The position numbers were made by a program, and so were the translations under genes. The notes below the pieces were generated by a model, which had not been told where the DNA came from, searched no databases, and worked only from the letters and a program-made list of their open reading frames with translations. A DNA stretch of 64,000 bases from Macrostomum lignano (Eukaryota): assembly GCA_002269645.1 (NCBI GenBank), contig NIVC01000173.1:496001-560000 (forward strand). Direction: 5' to 3'. Shown here one piece after another: positions 49,101-62,004 of the stretch. Position 1 is the stretch's first letter. The number at the start of each line of letters is the position of its first letter.

Positions 49101-51812
49101 AGATGCCATTATCTCTTCACTCAGCTGCCATTATCTCTTCACTCAGCTGCCATTATCTCTTCACTCAGATGCCATTATCTCTTCACTCAGATGACATTAT
49201 CTCTTCACTTAGCTGCCGTTATCTCTTCTCTCGGATGCCGTTATCTCTTCACTCAGATGCCTTTGCCTTTTCACTCAGATGCCAAAATCTCTTCACTCAG
49301 CTGCCATTATCTCTTCTCTCAGATGCCTTTGTCTCTTCATTCAGATGCCTTTGTCTCTTCTCTCAGATGCCTTTGTCTCTTCTCTCAGATGCCTTTGTCT
49401 CTTCACTCAGATGCCATTATCTCTTCTCTCAAATGCCTTTGTCTCTTCATTCAGATGCCATTATCTCTTCATTCAGATGCCATTGTCTCTTCACTCATAT
49501 GCCATTATCTATTCACTCATATGCCTTTGTCTCTTCACTCAGATGCCATTATCTCTTCACTCATATGCCTTTGTCTCTTCACCCAGATGCCATTATCTCT
49601 TCACTCAGATGCCATTATATCTCCATTGAGATGCCATTCTCTATTCTGACGTCATTTCCTATTCGGGTTGCCATATTTGAATCAATCCTGCAGACTCGGT
49701 CGCAGGCTCCATCAACCGGATACTTGGGACATACTGCGCAACAGCCGCAGCAGCAGCAACAGCAGCAGCAACAACTGCAGCAACAGCAGCAGCAACAACA
49801 ACTACTGCAACAGCAGCAGCAACAACAACTGCAGCAACAGCAGCAGCAACAACTGCAGCAACAGCAGCAACAGCAGCAGCAATCTCGCACGATGCCGCTG
49901 CTGCCCACTCCCATCGGTACGGTGCAGCAGCTCTCACCAGAGCAAGCTCGAGCGGCCTGTCTGGCATCCGGCAGAGCCTACATACCCGATAAACCACCCG
50001 AAGGAGTCGATCCCAGCCAGTTAAGAACGGTCGTTATCGACGGTCCCCAGTGCGGCTTCATGTACACTGGCAATCGGTTCTTTGATCCAACTGGCATTTT
50101 AGTTGCTGTGCAGTGGTTTCTAGACAAAGGTCACACCGACGTTACCGCGTTTCTGTCTCGAAAGTTCTACAATCGGGCCAATGAGCAGCGGCATATTCTG
50201 GAGAGTTTGCAGCAGCAACATTTGCTGGCTATTACACCTAGCAGGTGAGGGAATTGCTGCTTGATTCATTGGCTAATTGATGATTGGGCTGATTTATTGA
50301 TTGATTGGGCTGATTTATTGATTGATTAGGCTGATTTATTGATTGATTGGGCTGATTTATTGATTTATTGATTGATTTATTGGCTGATTGACTGATTTAT
50401 TTATTTATTGGCTGATTGATTGATTTATTAGCTGATTGATTGATTTATTAGCTGATTGATTGATTTATTAGCTGATTGATTTATTCATTGGCTCATTGAT
50501 TGGCTGATAAATTGATAAATTGTTTGATTGATTGATTTATTGGCTGATTGACTGATTAATTTATTGATTAGTCGATTGATTGATTGATTGACTGGCTCAT
50601 TTATTGATTGATTGATTTATTGATTAGTTGATTAACTGGCTCGTTGGATGATTGGCTGATTGATAACTCCAAAAGGCTTCACAGTAAACGCAAAACCCGG
50701 GCCTTTTAAAACAGACACGGAGTGGCCAGCTACGAAGACAGATTTATTCTCGACTACGCCGCTCAGAAAGATGGGGTGGTGGTCTCCAATGACAATTTCC
50801 GCGATCTGCTATCGGACGAGCATACGGATGAGAAGCAGAGAAAAATTATCACCGACAGGGTGATCACATTCTGCTTCGCTCGCCAGGTCTTCATGCCGGC
50901 TATCGATCCGCTGGGTCCTGGGAAGCCGACCCGAGATCAGCTGCTCAGCAAGGTGGATCTGGCGCCTGAGAGGGCCACCGTTCCTAGCAGTGGCAGCAAT
51001 TCGAACTTCAGAAATTGTGAGCTTGCTTGTGCATTTTTAGGGGGATTTGTGCCCTTAGCAACGGTGTAATTGATTGCCCGCCATTCTGTGTCCTTAGCAA
51101 CGGTGTAATTGATTGCCCGCCATTCTGTGTCCTTAGCAACGGTGTAATTGATTGCCCGCCATTCTGTGTCCTTAGCAACGGTGTAATTGATTGCCCGCCA
51201 TTCTGTGCCCTTAGCAACGGTGTAATTGATTGCCCGCCATTCTGTGTCCTTAGCAACGGTGTAATTGATTGCCCGCCATTCTGTGTCCTTAGCAACAAAG
51301 TAATTGGCCCATTCTGTGTCTTTACCAACGATGTAATTGTCTCATTCGGCGTCCTTAGCAACGCCATGATTGCTTCTTTTCTGCGTCCTTAGCAACGCCA
51401 TGATTTTCCTTATTCTGTGGCCTTGGCAACAGTATAATCGCCCCGGTTGTGCGTCCTTAGCAACACCCACGATTGCTCAGCTGTTCGCGTCCTTAGCAAC
51501 ATGCAGTGTAATCGCCCCTGTTCTGCGTCCTTAGGAACATGTGTAATCTCTCCCGAGTCTCACTAGCAGGTTGCTCCAACTTTGCTAATTAAATTTATAA
51601 CCAAAAAGCGTCCATGAAATTCCCACATTTCTTAGTTGTCGACTTGGGTCGCGTCAGCCCGACGAGTCGCTGGCGTAACAGCAACAACAACAAAGGCGGC
51701 AATAATCCCGGCGGCTATTCTGACTCTGCTCACGGCGCCGCCGCGGGTCGCTCCTGCAGTCCAGCCGGAGCTCAGAATCAACAAAAGCAGAAGCAGCAAA
51801 AGCAGAAGTCGA

Positions 51813-51844
<32 letters not shown>

Positions 51845-52039
51845 ACTCGCGTTGCCAGTGGCAGCCTACTGCAAAATCGGCCTCGCTCTCCGGAATGCGA
51901 GCGCAAATTGGAGCAACAACTGTCCGAAATGCTGCCTATCGAGCGGATCCGCCTGCTCCCGGACATTCTGGCCGCCTATCCCGACAGGCGAGAGGTGGAC
52001 TTCTTTGCTAACAAACTGATGGACGCCAATTTAAACTAA
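46169..52039 (+). CDS. N4BP1-like: N4BP1/KHNYN-like ribonuclease (KH-like pair, low-complexity linker, polyQ, NYN/PIN RNase, CUBAN-like C-terminus); exons 46169-46690, 47918-48763, 49694-50244, 50715-51016, 51636-52039; about 874 aa
   Basis: The NYN domain VVIDG...GILVAVQWFLDKGH...TPSR..SYEDRFIL...DGVVVSNDNFRD...FMPAIDPLG matches the Regnase/N4BP1 pattern. The C-terminal RSPECERKLEQQLSEML...ILAAYP..D resembles the N4BP1/KHNYN tail, and the N-terminal W..G...A..Y...C resembles their KH-like domain. Exon lengths sum to 2625 nt (3n). The start codon and the 47918 acceptor are less certain. Confidence 0.85.
46821..47579. mobile_element. Foldback/MITE-like element with long inverted arms and a 46-bp tandem expansion in the right arm
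   Basis: Perfect 17-bp terminal IR catcacaaacccgaaaa. Inner IR at about 46857-46930 versus 47200-47275. The 46-bp unit is repeated about 6.5 times at 47263-47561. Confidence 0.8.
48820..49640. repeat. 22-bp minisatellite (intron 2 of the N4BP1-like gene)
   Basis: Unit ttatctcttcactcagatgcca with tttgtctcttctctc variants, about 37 copies. Confidence 0.93.
50265..50660. repeat. Degenerate (TGAT/TTTA) microsatellite (intron 3)
   Basis: ctgatttattgattgatt-type repeats. Confidence 0.9.
51053..51540. repeat. 39-bp minisatellite (intron 4), about 6.5 good copies then decaying
   Basis: Unit ccttagcaacggtgtaattgattgcccgccattctgtgt. Confidence 0.92.
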
Positions 52040-52144
52040 TATGGTACGCGATTTTGCTTTCCAATTTCCCAAACTGTACGAAACAGGCTGCAAAATCTGA
52101 ATTTAACTGGGTTTTTATTGTTTTTTACGAAGCTTTCTGAACTT

Positions 52145-52700
52145 TTTTGTACTCTGAGCACACTCCAATCACTCCCCCGTCTTCTAAGTACTCTCCGGTC
52201 ACTCTCCCGTAGTCTGAGTACTCTCCGGTTACTCTCCTGTAGTCTGAGTACTCTCTGGTTACTCTCCTGTAGTCTGAGCACTCTCTGATCCCTCTCCCGT
52301 AGTCTAAGCACTCCCCGGTCACTCTTCCCGTAGTCTAAGCGCTCTCTGATCACTCTACCGTAGTCTAAGCACTCTCTAATCACTCTCCTGTAGTCTAAGT
52401 ACTCCTGTCACCCTCCTGTAGTCTGAGAACTCTCCAATCACTCCCCCGTAGTCTAAGCACTCTCTGATCACTCCTCTGTAGTATAAGTACTCTCCTGTCA
52501 CTCCCGTTGTCCGAGCATCCTCCGGCCACCCTCCCGTAGTCTAAGCACTCTCCAATACTCCCCCTTGTTCTAAATACTCTCCGGCCACTCTCCCGTAGTC
52601 TGAGCACTCCAGGTCTCTTGTAGTCTAAAGACTAATAAATTGTTCTCACGTAGCCTAAGCACTCTCCGGTCACTCCGCCGTAGTCTCTGCACTCTAGCCA
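52145..52700. repeat. Degenerate ~30-bp minisatellite
   Basis: Unit approximately ctctccggtcactctcccgtagtctgagta. Confidence 0.85.
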
Positions 52701-53366
52701 GTCACTCTCGTGCAGTCAACGCACTCTTCAGTTTTCCTTTGTACTAAATAGCTTAAGTGTGAATCTTATACTCCATAACAATGATTGAGTAGATGCTGTA
52801 AGTGATTGAAATATTGAATTCCGCTCCTCTGTTCTGTAATACTGTGCTGTTAACTTGGTCATGGTCATTTTATTATTCTATAAATATTTCCCATCATTAA
52901 CTAAAACCTTTGCGGGACAGCCTATTCTTGTAAAACTAATAGTTTTATGACAAAAAATTTTTTTACCTACCTGAAATACTGATTTAAAGTAGGAATTTTC
53001 TGTTTTTTAATTATCGTTTATTTTAAGGTTCTCTTTGTTTTAATATAAGTTGAAGTTTAATTTAGCAGTACAGTATGACCTCTATTTGTTTAGTGTGCTT
53101 TGCAATGTACCACCTGTACAGACTGTTGAAACACTGTACAGAACAACCTTTAAATTATTGGCTATGTGCTTTTTAAACTTAACAACCGTCATGTTTGCTT
53201 AAACTGAAATCAATTGCATAAACACGAGACTCATAAACACCGTTATTTTCTTTCTCTAATTAAAAATTTGTGTAATTGCAAAATTCTGTCAGTCTTTGCA
53301 TTGCAATAATCTTTTACTAATTAGTTATTTGCATTTTATTAGCGCTTAAGTCTTCAGAAGGCATCA

Positions 53367-54778
53367 GAGTCGCTTCAGGGTGTTCAGACAACATCTAGAG
53401 TCGCTTCAGGGTGTTCACATGGCATCTAGAGTCGCTTCAGGGTGTTCAGACGGCATCTAGAGTCGCTTCAGAATGTTCAGATGGCATCTAGAGTCGCTTC
53501 AGGGTGTTCAGACAACATCTAGAGTCGCTTCAGGGTGTTCAGACAACATCTTGAGTCGCTTCAGGGTGTTCAGACAACATCTAGAGTCGCTTCAGGGTGT
53601 TCACATGGCATCTAGAGTCGCTTCAGGGTGTTCAGACGGCATCTAGAGTCGCTTCAGAATGTTCAGATGGCATCTAGAGTCGCTTCAGGGTGTTCAGACA
53701 ACATCTAGAGTCGCTTCAGGGTGTTCACATGGCATCTAGAGTCGCTTGAGGGTGTTCAGACGGCATCTAGAGTCGCTTCAGAATGTTCAGATGGCATCTA
53801 GAGTCGCTTCAGAGTGTTCAGATGGTATCAAGAGTCGCTTCAGAGTGTTCAGATGGTATCAAGAATCGCTTCAGAGTGTTCAGATGGTATCAAGAATCGC
53901 TTCAGAGTGTTCAGATGGTATCAAGAGTCGCTTCAGAGTGTTCAGATGGTATCAAGAGTCGCTTCAGAGTGTTCAGATGGTATCAAGAGTCGCTTCAGAG
54001 TGTTCAGATGGTATCAAGAGTCGCTTCAGAGTGTTCAGATGGTATCAAGAGTCGCTTCAGAGTGTTCAGATGGTATCAAGAATCGCTTCAGAGTGTTCAG
54101 ATGGTATCAAGAGTCGCTTCAGAGTGTTCAGATGGTATCAAGAGTCGCTTCAGAGTGTTCAGATGGTATCAAGAGTCGCTTCAGAGTGTTCAGATGGTAT
54201 CAAGAATCGCTTCAGAGTGTTCAGATGGTATCAAGAATCGCTTCAGAGTGTTCAGATGGTATCAAGAGTCGCTTCAGAGTGTTCAGATGGTATCTAGAGT
54301 CGCTTCAGAGTGTTCAGATGGTATCTAGAGTCGCTTCAGTGTGTTCAGATGGTATCAAGAGTCGCTTCAGTGTGTTCAGATGGTATCAAGAGTCGCTTCA
54401 GTGTGTTCAGATGGTATCAAGAGTCGCTTCAGTGTGTTCAGATGGTATCAAGAATCGCTTCAGAGTGTTCAGATGGTATCAAGAGTCGCTTCAGGGTGTT
54501 CAGATGGTATCAAGAGTCGCTTCAGAGTGTTCAGATGGTATCAAGAATCGCTTCAGAGTGTTCAGATGGTATCAAGAATCGCTTCAGAGTGTTCAGATGG
54601 TATCAAGAGTCGCTTCAGTGTGTTCAGATGGTATCAAGAATCGCTTCAGAGTGTTCAGATGGTATCTAGAGTCGCTTCAGTGTGTTCAGATGGTATCAAG
54701 AGTCGCTTCAGGGTGTTCAGATGGTATCAAGAGTCGCTTCAGTGTGTTCAGATGGTATCAAGAGTTTTTCAGTGTGTT
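53367..54778. repeat. 31-bp minisatellite, about 45 copies, with a higher-order block
   Basis: Unit gagtcgcttcagagtgttcagatggtatcaa with ordered variants. Confidence 0.97.
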
Positions 54779-55459
54779 CGTACTGATAATTTTAATGATT
54801 TTGTATGTGGACACATCACTAGAAACATTTTAGTCAGTTTAGTAATTCGGTGCAATCCGATATAATGGTTAAGTTTCGACAAATTTGCAATTGTTTAGCA
54901 GCAGTAATAAAAAAATTAACATTTGCTTGTGTGCCTGTTGATACGGTTGGCTCTGTAAGTCTGAGAACTGGGTCCCGAGTTGGCGCTGTTCTGAAAACTG
55001 GAATTGTAAGCAATCTAAGAATAGAAGTGAAAGTTATGGGGCAATGCGTGCAGGCCTAGATACCAACTATAACAATGCCGCAGTGTTTTGCCTCATTGCT
55101 TCAGCATAAATAACGCTATAATATGTATAATCCATTAGCCCTAGTGCTGAAGTGTCAACACAGTTTGGGTTGTGGGCAATTGTTAATCTGGCGGGCTTTC
55201 ATTGGCTGGAATCTCGGGCAGAATTTCAAGTCGAGTCTGAGGCTGGGGCGGCCTGATATGCCCCGATTATTTGGCTGATCCGCTGCGGCCCAGATACCGG
55301 AGTGGAAGTCTTGAACACGTGCGGCCGGTCTAATTTATTATCTGGATATTAGTTATTGACTTACTGGCCTTGCTGAGAGCTCAACTTGGAACCACATCTT
55401 TAACGATTTGGAGCAAATTGCTAATGCAGCTATGGGAGTGCCGCATTGCATAGTGATTG

Positions 55460-56010
<551 letters not shown>

Positions 56011-56407
56011 TGCTGTAGATAGAAGTATATATAGAAGCCATACCTCTCCCATTCTCCACACGTAGCTAACCTATTGTTACAGGGAATTACAAGTTCTGCA
56101 CACTAGGCCCATTCCTCTTTACTTCAATACCTGTCCAACATCTATCTCCCCATGCATCCCTCAGTGATTTCTATTTCAGTGCGTACAAACGCGCAAGTTC
56201 GTTTGATAAGCTCTGCTTACATAAAGTCTTGCTTAGTCTGTAAGCTGGGTCACTGTAACTGAAGCTTTTTTAAGCTTACGCACAGATCGAGAGGGACCCC
56301 CATGCCCCAGGTAAGAGCAAAGACATTAATTTCGTCCAAAGCTTTGAAAGTTGATGTGTGCAATACATAATATATATGCAATATAATTAATTATTCCGCT
56401 TTTATGA

Positions 56408-56735
56408 CTTCACATTCCCCATCCCTCACATTCTCCATTCTTCACATTCTCCATCCTTCACATTCCCCATCTTTCACATTCCCCATCCTTCACATTCCCC
56501 ATCCTTCACATTCCCCATCTTTTACGTTAACTATCTTTCACGTTCCCCATCACTCACATTCTCCATCCTTCACATTCCCCATCCTTCACATTCCCCATCT
56601 TTTACGTTAACTATGTTTCACGTTCCCCATCACTCACATTCCCCATTCTTCATATTCTCCATCCTTCACATTCTCCATCACTCACATTCCCCTTCCTTCA
56701 CAGTCCCCATCTTTCACATTCCCCATTTTTCACAT
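56408..56735. repeat. 16-bp minisatellite (cacattccccatcctt)
   Basis: Seen directly; degenerate. Confidence 0.88.
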
Positions 56736-57183
56736 CATATGGCATTGAGTGACTAGCTTTTAACTTAGGGATTCTGTTAGAGACCGTAAAAAACTGGTAC
56801 AGAAATGTTCGGACGTCCGAATCAAGTATGCGGTTCTGACGGCCAATCAAAAGGCGTGCCGCCTGCCAGCCATTGGTTCGACTTCAGAACGGCTCTGTTG
56901 GAATTACTTTTATTTAGCTTGACTCTTTATGTATAACGTTACACGAAGTTACACACACGCCAGCTAACTATATCAATCTCTCTCTCTCAGAAAAAATTCA
57001 ACTGGAAACATTTAAAGAACTTTTTTATTCGCAATAAAATTAATTTATCTTTATAGCCATCGACAAACTTGACAATTTTCAAAACAGCTCAGACATCGAG
57101 GATTGGATTTCAAGTAAGTAAAAATAATTGGTTTTTGGCAAATTTTTATTTGGTTTTTGGCATCACATTTATGGCGCGTGCCG

Positions 57184-57184
<1 letters not shown>

Positions 57185-57214
<30 letters not shown>

Positions 57215-57245
57215 TTCAGGCTGCCTGCCTGTCTGCCTGCCTGCC

Positions 57246-57284
<39 letters not shown>

Positions 57285-57312
57285 GTCTGTCTGTCTGTCT
57301 GTCTGTCTGTGC

Positions 57313-57402
<90 letters not shown>

Positions 57403-57404
57403 GC

Positions 57405-57475
<71 letters not shown>

Positions 57476-57558
57476 GGTCTGTCGGTCTGTCTGTCTGTCT
57501 GTCTGTCTGTCGGTCTGTCGGTCTGTCTGTCTGTCTGTCTCTCTGTCTGTCTGTCTGT
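57185..57558. repeat. (CTGT)n microsatellite
   Basis: Seen directly. Confidence 0.97.
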
Positions 57559-58011
57559 GCATCAGTGCATGAATTTCACACCTACCTTATCAACTGCCAT
57601 CAAATTTCGAGCCCCCCCAGTTGAAAAACTTTACCGCGTGCATTTATATCGCCGCAAGCAGAAAAAAATTTGTTAAAGCTTCCTTTGCGCGTGTCGAAGA
57701 GTTCGGCAGTTCTTAAAAGCGCCGCTGGAACACCGCTCGCGTCTGTTCCTCTGAAATTTGCTACAATATATTGTTTAGTTCAACTTCGATTCATTCCCAG
57801 GAGAGCAAAAGTAGGGGGCGGGCAAGTCTGCTTCAGCGAGACGGTTAAAGTTGAAAAATCCACTCTGTAGCTCTGCGCTTGGCTTCTTATTCAGTTCAAA
57901 TTCAAACCGAAATTCAAGTTTGCACCGAAGAAAATGGCTCAGTGATTAATGACTGTTTCGGCCGGAGCTGGTTGGATTGAGCTCTAATTGGTGAAGAAAG
58001 TTCAGATAAAA

Positions 58012-58582
58012 TCTCACTCTCAGCCTCACTATCACTCTCATTTTCACTCTCATTCTCATTCTCACTCTCATTCTCACTCTCATTCTCATTCTCACTCTCA
58101 TTCTCATTCTCACTCTCATTCTCACTCTCATTCTCATTCTCACTCTCATTCTCATTCTCACTCTCATTCTCACTCTCATTCTCACTCTCACTCTCATTCT
58201 CACTCTCATTCTCATTCTCACTCTCATTCTCATTCTCACTCTCATTCTCACTCTCATTCTCACTCTCACTCTCATTCTCACTCTCATTCTCATTCTCACT
58301 CTCATTTTCACTCTCATTCTCATTCTCACTCTCATTCTCACTCTCATTCTCATTCTCACTCTCATTCTCACTCTCATTCTCATTCTCACTCTCATTCTCA
58401 CTCTCATTCTCACTCTCACTCTCATTGTCACTCTCATTCTCATTCTCACTCTCATTCTCACTCTCATTCTCATTCTCACTCTCACTCTCACTCTCATTCT
58501 CATTCTCACTCTCACTCTCATTCTCACTCTCATTCTCACTCTCACTCTCATTCTCACTCTCATTCTCATTCTCACTCTCATC
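58012..58582. repeat. (CTCATT/CTCACT)n hexamer repeat
   Basis: Seen directly. Confidence 0.97.
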
Positions 58583-59139
58583 ATTATTATCTAGATAGAA
58601 ATTTGGTTCGAAACAATTCTTAGAAACATGTCTTCGTCTGCTATCTGACCACCCAGGCAGGTTTTGTATAAAATAATTTTTCTTTTAGCTAACTAAACAC
58701 TCCAAATTTGGCTGACCAAAATGTGCCAACCCAACAAATCTTAAGCTTTATGAAAGCTACACGCCAGATGATGGCCTTTTAGTGCGCCTGTAAATAAGAC
58801 ATATTTACACTATTTTTACACATTTTTACGTTTGTATCTCTACCGCATGCTTAGAAATTGCTTCTAGACATCTTCAACAACATTTTTAGTGGCTGGTATC
58901 GTATCGAAATATGATACTTTGGCTCAATTCAAATAACACTGATTTGTTTTTTTTCAGTCTGTTTGAGTCAGAATTTTGCTGTGAACTCAATATCGATCTT
59001 CAACTGAAACAGATCAAGAACTTCGATGCCAATGGATGAGTGAGAGTGACGGAGTGTGACGGAGTGTGACCGTGAATCTGTAGTATAGAATAATAGGACA
59101 GCATTTAAACTATTTTTCACTGCCATCTGTCATCTGACA

Positions 59140-59280
<141 letters not shown>

Positions 59281-60049
59281 AACAAACAAATCAAAGAGTC
59301 TGTTTTTGCTTTACAAAATCTGTCAGGAAGTACAGTTACGAGTAAAGCAGAACGCAATGACAATTCCTAATGTCAAATATTAACATCTCATCACAGAATG
59401 GCGGATATTCTGTGTATTCCCCATTTTCCCCTTGCCCACCCAGCATCCGCCGATGCAGCATGGCAGGGTAGGGGTAAACTGTTCAATAAAATTCTTTCAC
59501 AGAATAAAGATCCGCTGGCAGGCAGAGCAGTGCGGAGAAGTTCTGCTACATTGAAGCTTCGCAAGCGCCCCCCCCCCCTGTCAGAAATCTGGTTCAAAGT
59601 ATGAAAGAAAAAGAGATCGAAATACTACTACTAAGCTGTATTCGCGCGCGCAATGCTACGGGAAACCCATATTTAGTCGGCAAAGCCCCAATCGTACATG
59701 CAAAAAATAAACAATGCGGGGTTAGCATTGTCAAGAAAAAAACATCTTGGCGCATAGCTACGCCCACAATGAAGGAATGCAGGCTACACATGTGCAAGTG
59801 TATATAAGATAACAAACTGCTCTTTAAAAACCTCTTTGAATTCGCCGGCAGCATACTAATAGTTATTTTTTATAGTTTCTGGTACTCATGCACTCTTGTA
59901 GAAGTCAGACTTTTCGTTGGAATCCAGTTGTCATGACTAGGCAATGTAAGGAATGGAATTGAAATCGATGCTTGCTGATAGTTGAGTGCTATTTGAGCGA
60001 TTTTTGTTTAATCAAACTGTGTCCGTTTCCTGTCTCTGTACCCCTTCCT

Positions 60050-60297
60050 TAATTAATTTAATAATTGATTACACCTGCCCTAATGGGCAGATGTGCAACC
60101 GACAGCTCAGCCGCAGCTATTGCGCGGCGCATCTGAAGAAGCCACACACACAGCCTCAATTACCCCAGCTAATGCTGGCACCCATTTTACAGCTGGGTGA
60201 ACTGAAGCAATACAGAGTTAAGTGTCTTGCTCAAGGACACAAATCGTTCCGAGTGGCATCGGGAATCGAACCCCCGACGCTCTAACCACTAGGCTAC
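60050..60297 (-). mobile_element. tRNA-derived SINE family A, copy 3 (internal deletions)
   Basis: Aligns with 31375-31656 (cagctcagccgcagctattgcgcggcgcatctgaag...gtcttgctcaaggacacaaa...ctctaaccactaggctac). Confidence 0.8.
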
Positions 60298-60315
60298 CAC
60301 CATCCACCATCCACC

Positions 60316-60480
60316 AATCCCTCCTTAGCTCTCTCTACCCTCTATCAACCCCTCCTTAGCTCCCTCACCCCCCAGCAACCCTTTCTTAGCTCCCTCACCC
60401 TCCAGCAACCCCTCCTTAGCTCTCTCTACCCTCCAGCAACCCCTCCTTAGCTCTCTCTACCCTCCACCAACCCCTCCCCT
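60316..60480. repeat. ~31-bp pyrimidine-rich minisatellite, about 5 copies
   Basis: Unit caacccctccttagctctctctaccctccag. Confidence 0.8.
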
Positions 60481-60989
60481 ACCCTTTCCTTAACTCTCCT
60501 ATTGATCCTGTTTGTTTCTCAACCTTGTCAGTTTTTGCAACCACAACCTGCTAGGGCAAAAAATAAGTGAGAGCGAGTTCAGTTTTCGTTATTACATATA
60601 TTGTAAACCGTAGAAGTCTATATATAAATAAGCATTGTAGCAAGGTACAATTGTTGTTCTACAGCTTAGCAGCCTAAATGTATCCATATTTAATTGTTAG
60701 CTATATAAAAATATAGCGATATATTATTATTAGAACGTGTGAGAAACTGAAAGTGGAGAAGAAGGTGCACACTGTGGCTTAAGGTTCTGTATATTGCATG
60801 CATATCTAGCCATTTTGCTGTTGGATACTGTGCGATGATGGATAGGACCCTGGGGTTTGATGATAGCCTGTTGCGCTGATTTTGTACAGAGAATTTCAGT
60901 TCGGATTATTGCTGATTTTTTCAGGCCCATAATAACTATTCTCATATTTAGTCAGAGCTCTGATTGTAAGTTTCATATTGCACCGAGAG

Positions 60990-61740
60990 GAAGGACAGGG
61001 ACGGAATGAAGTAGGACAGGGACGGAATGAAGTACGATAGGGGCGGAATGAAAGATGACAGGGGCGGAATGAAGTAGGACAGGGGCGGAATGAAGTAGGA
61101 TAGGGGCAGAATGAAAGATGACAGGGGCGGAATGAAGTAGGATAGGGGCGGAATGAAAGAGGACAGGGGCGGAATGAAAGAAGACAGGGACGGAATGAAG
61201 TAGGACAGGGACGGAATGAAGTACGATAGGGGCGGAATGAAAGATGACAGGGGCGGAATGAAGTAGGACAGGGGCGGAATGAAGTAGGATAGGGGTGGAA
61301 TGAAAGATGACAGGGGCGGAATGAAGTAGGATAGGGGCGGAATGAAAGAGGACAGGGTGGAATGAAGTAGGATAGGGGCGGAATGAAAGAAGATAGGGGC
61401 GGAATGAAAGAAGACCGGGACGGAATGAAGTAGGACAGGGACGGAATGAAGTAGGACAGGGGCGGAATGAAGTAGGATAGGGGCGGAATGAAAGAAGACA
61501 GGGGCGGAATGAAAGAAGACAGAGGCGGAATGAAAGAAGACAGGGGCGGAATGAAAGAAGACAGGGGCGGAATGAAAGAAGACAGGGGCGGAATGAAAGA
61601 AGACAGAGGCGGAATGAAAGAAGACAGGGGCGGAATGAAAGAAGACAGAGGCGGAATGAAAGAAGACAGGGGCGGAATGAAAGAAGACAGAGGCAGAATG
61701 AAAGAAGACAGGGGCGGAATGAAAGAAGACAGGGCGGAAA
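60990..61740. repeat. 21-bp minisatellite (ggggcggaatgaaagaagaca) with aagtagga variants
   Basis: Seen directly. Confidence 0.95.
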
Positions 61741-62004
61741 GCGAATGACATGGCTGACACATTATCTCACACAAAAAAGCCATAAAAGTTCTCACAATAC
61801 AAGCCAAAAGGATAAAATACATAATTTAACCAATTATAACTGTCTTTCAATTTTCAGACTGTCAAGGCCAACATCTCAGATCCCAGTGAAGACGATGCGG
61901 TCGGGTTAGAAAGACTTCGAAATGTCAAAGCATTGAGTGATCCAGAAAATATCGACTTCGTTTTCCGTTGAGAGTTTCTAAGAAATCGCTTTACTTTTCA
62001 AACT

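Noticed and set aside
48621-49693. Long Cys/Leu/Ser-rich ORFs (48621, 48883, and the 5' part of 48905)
   Set aside because: Translations of the intronic 22-bp array. Only 49694-50244 is exon.
59037-59039. In-frame TGA followed by GTGAG, as a possible selenocysteine
   Set aside because: No redox motif, SECIS or recognisable selenoprotein similarity; a plain stop is simpler.
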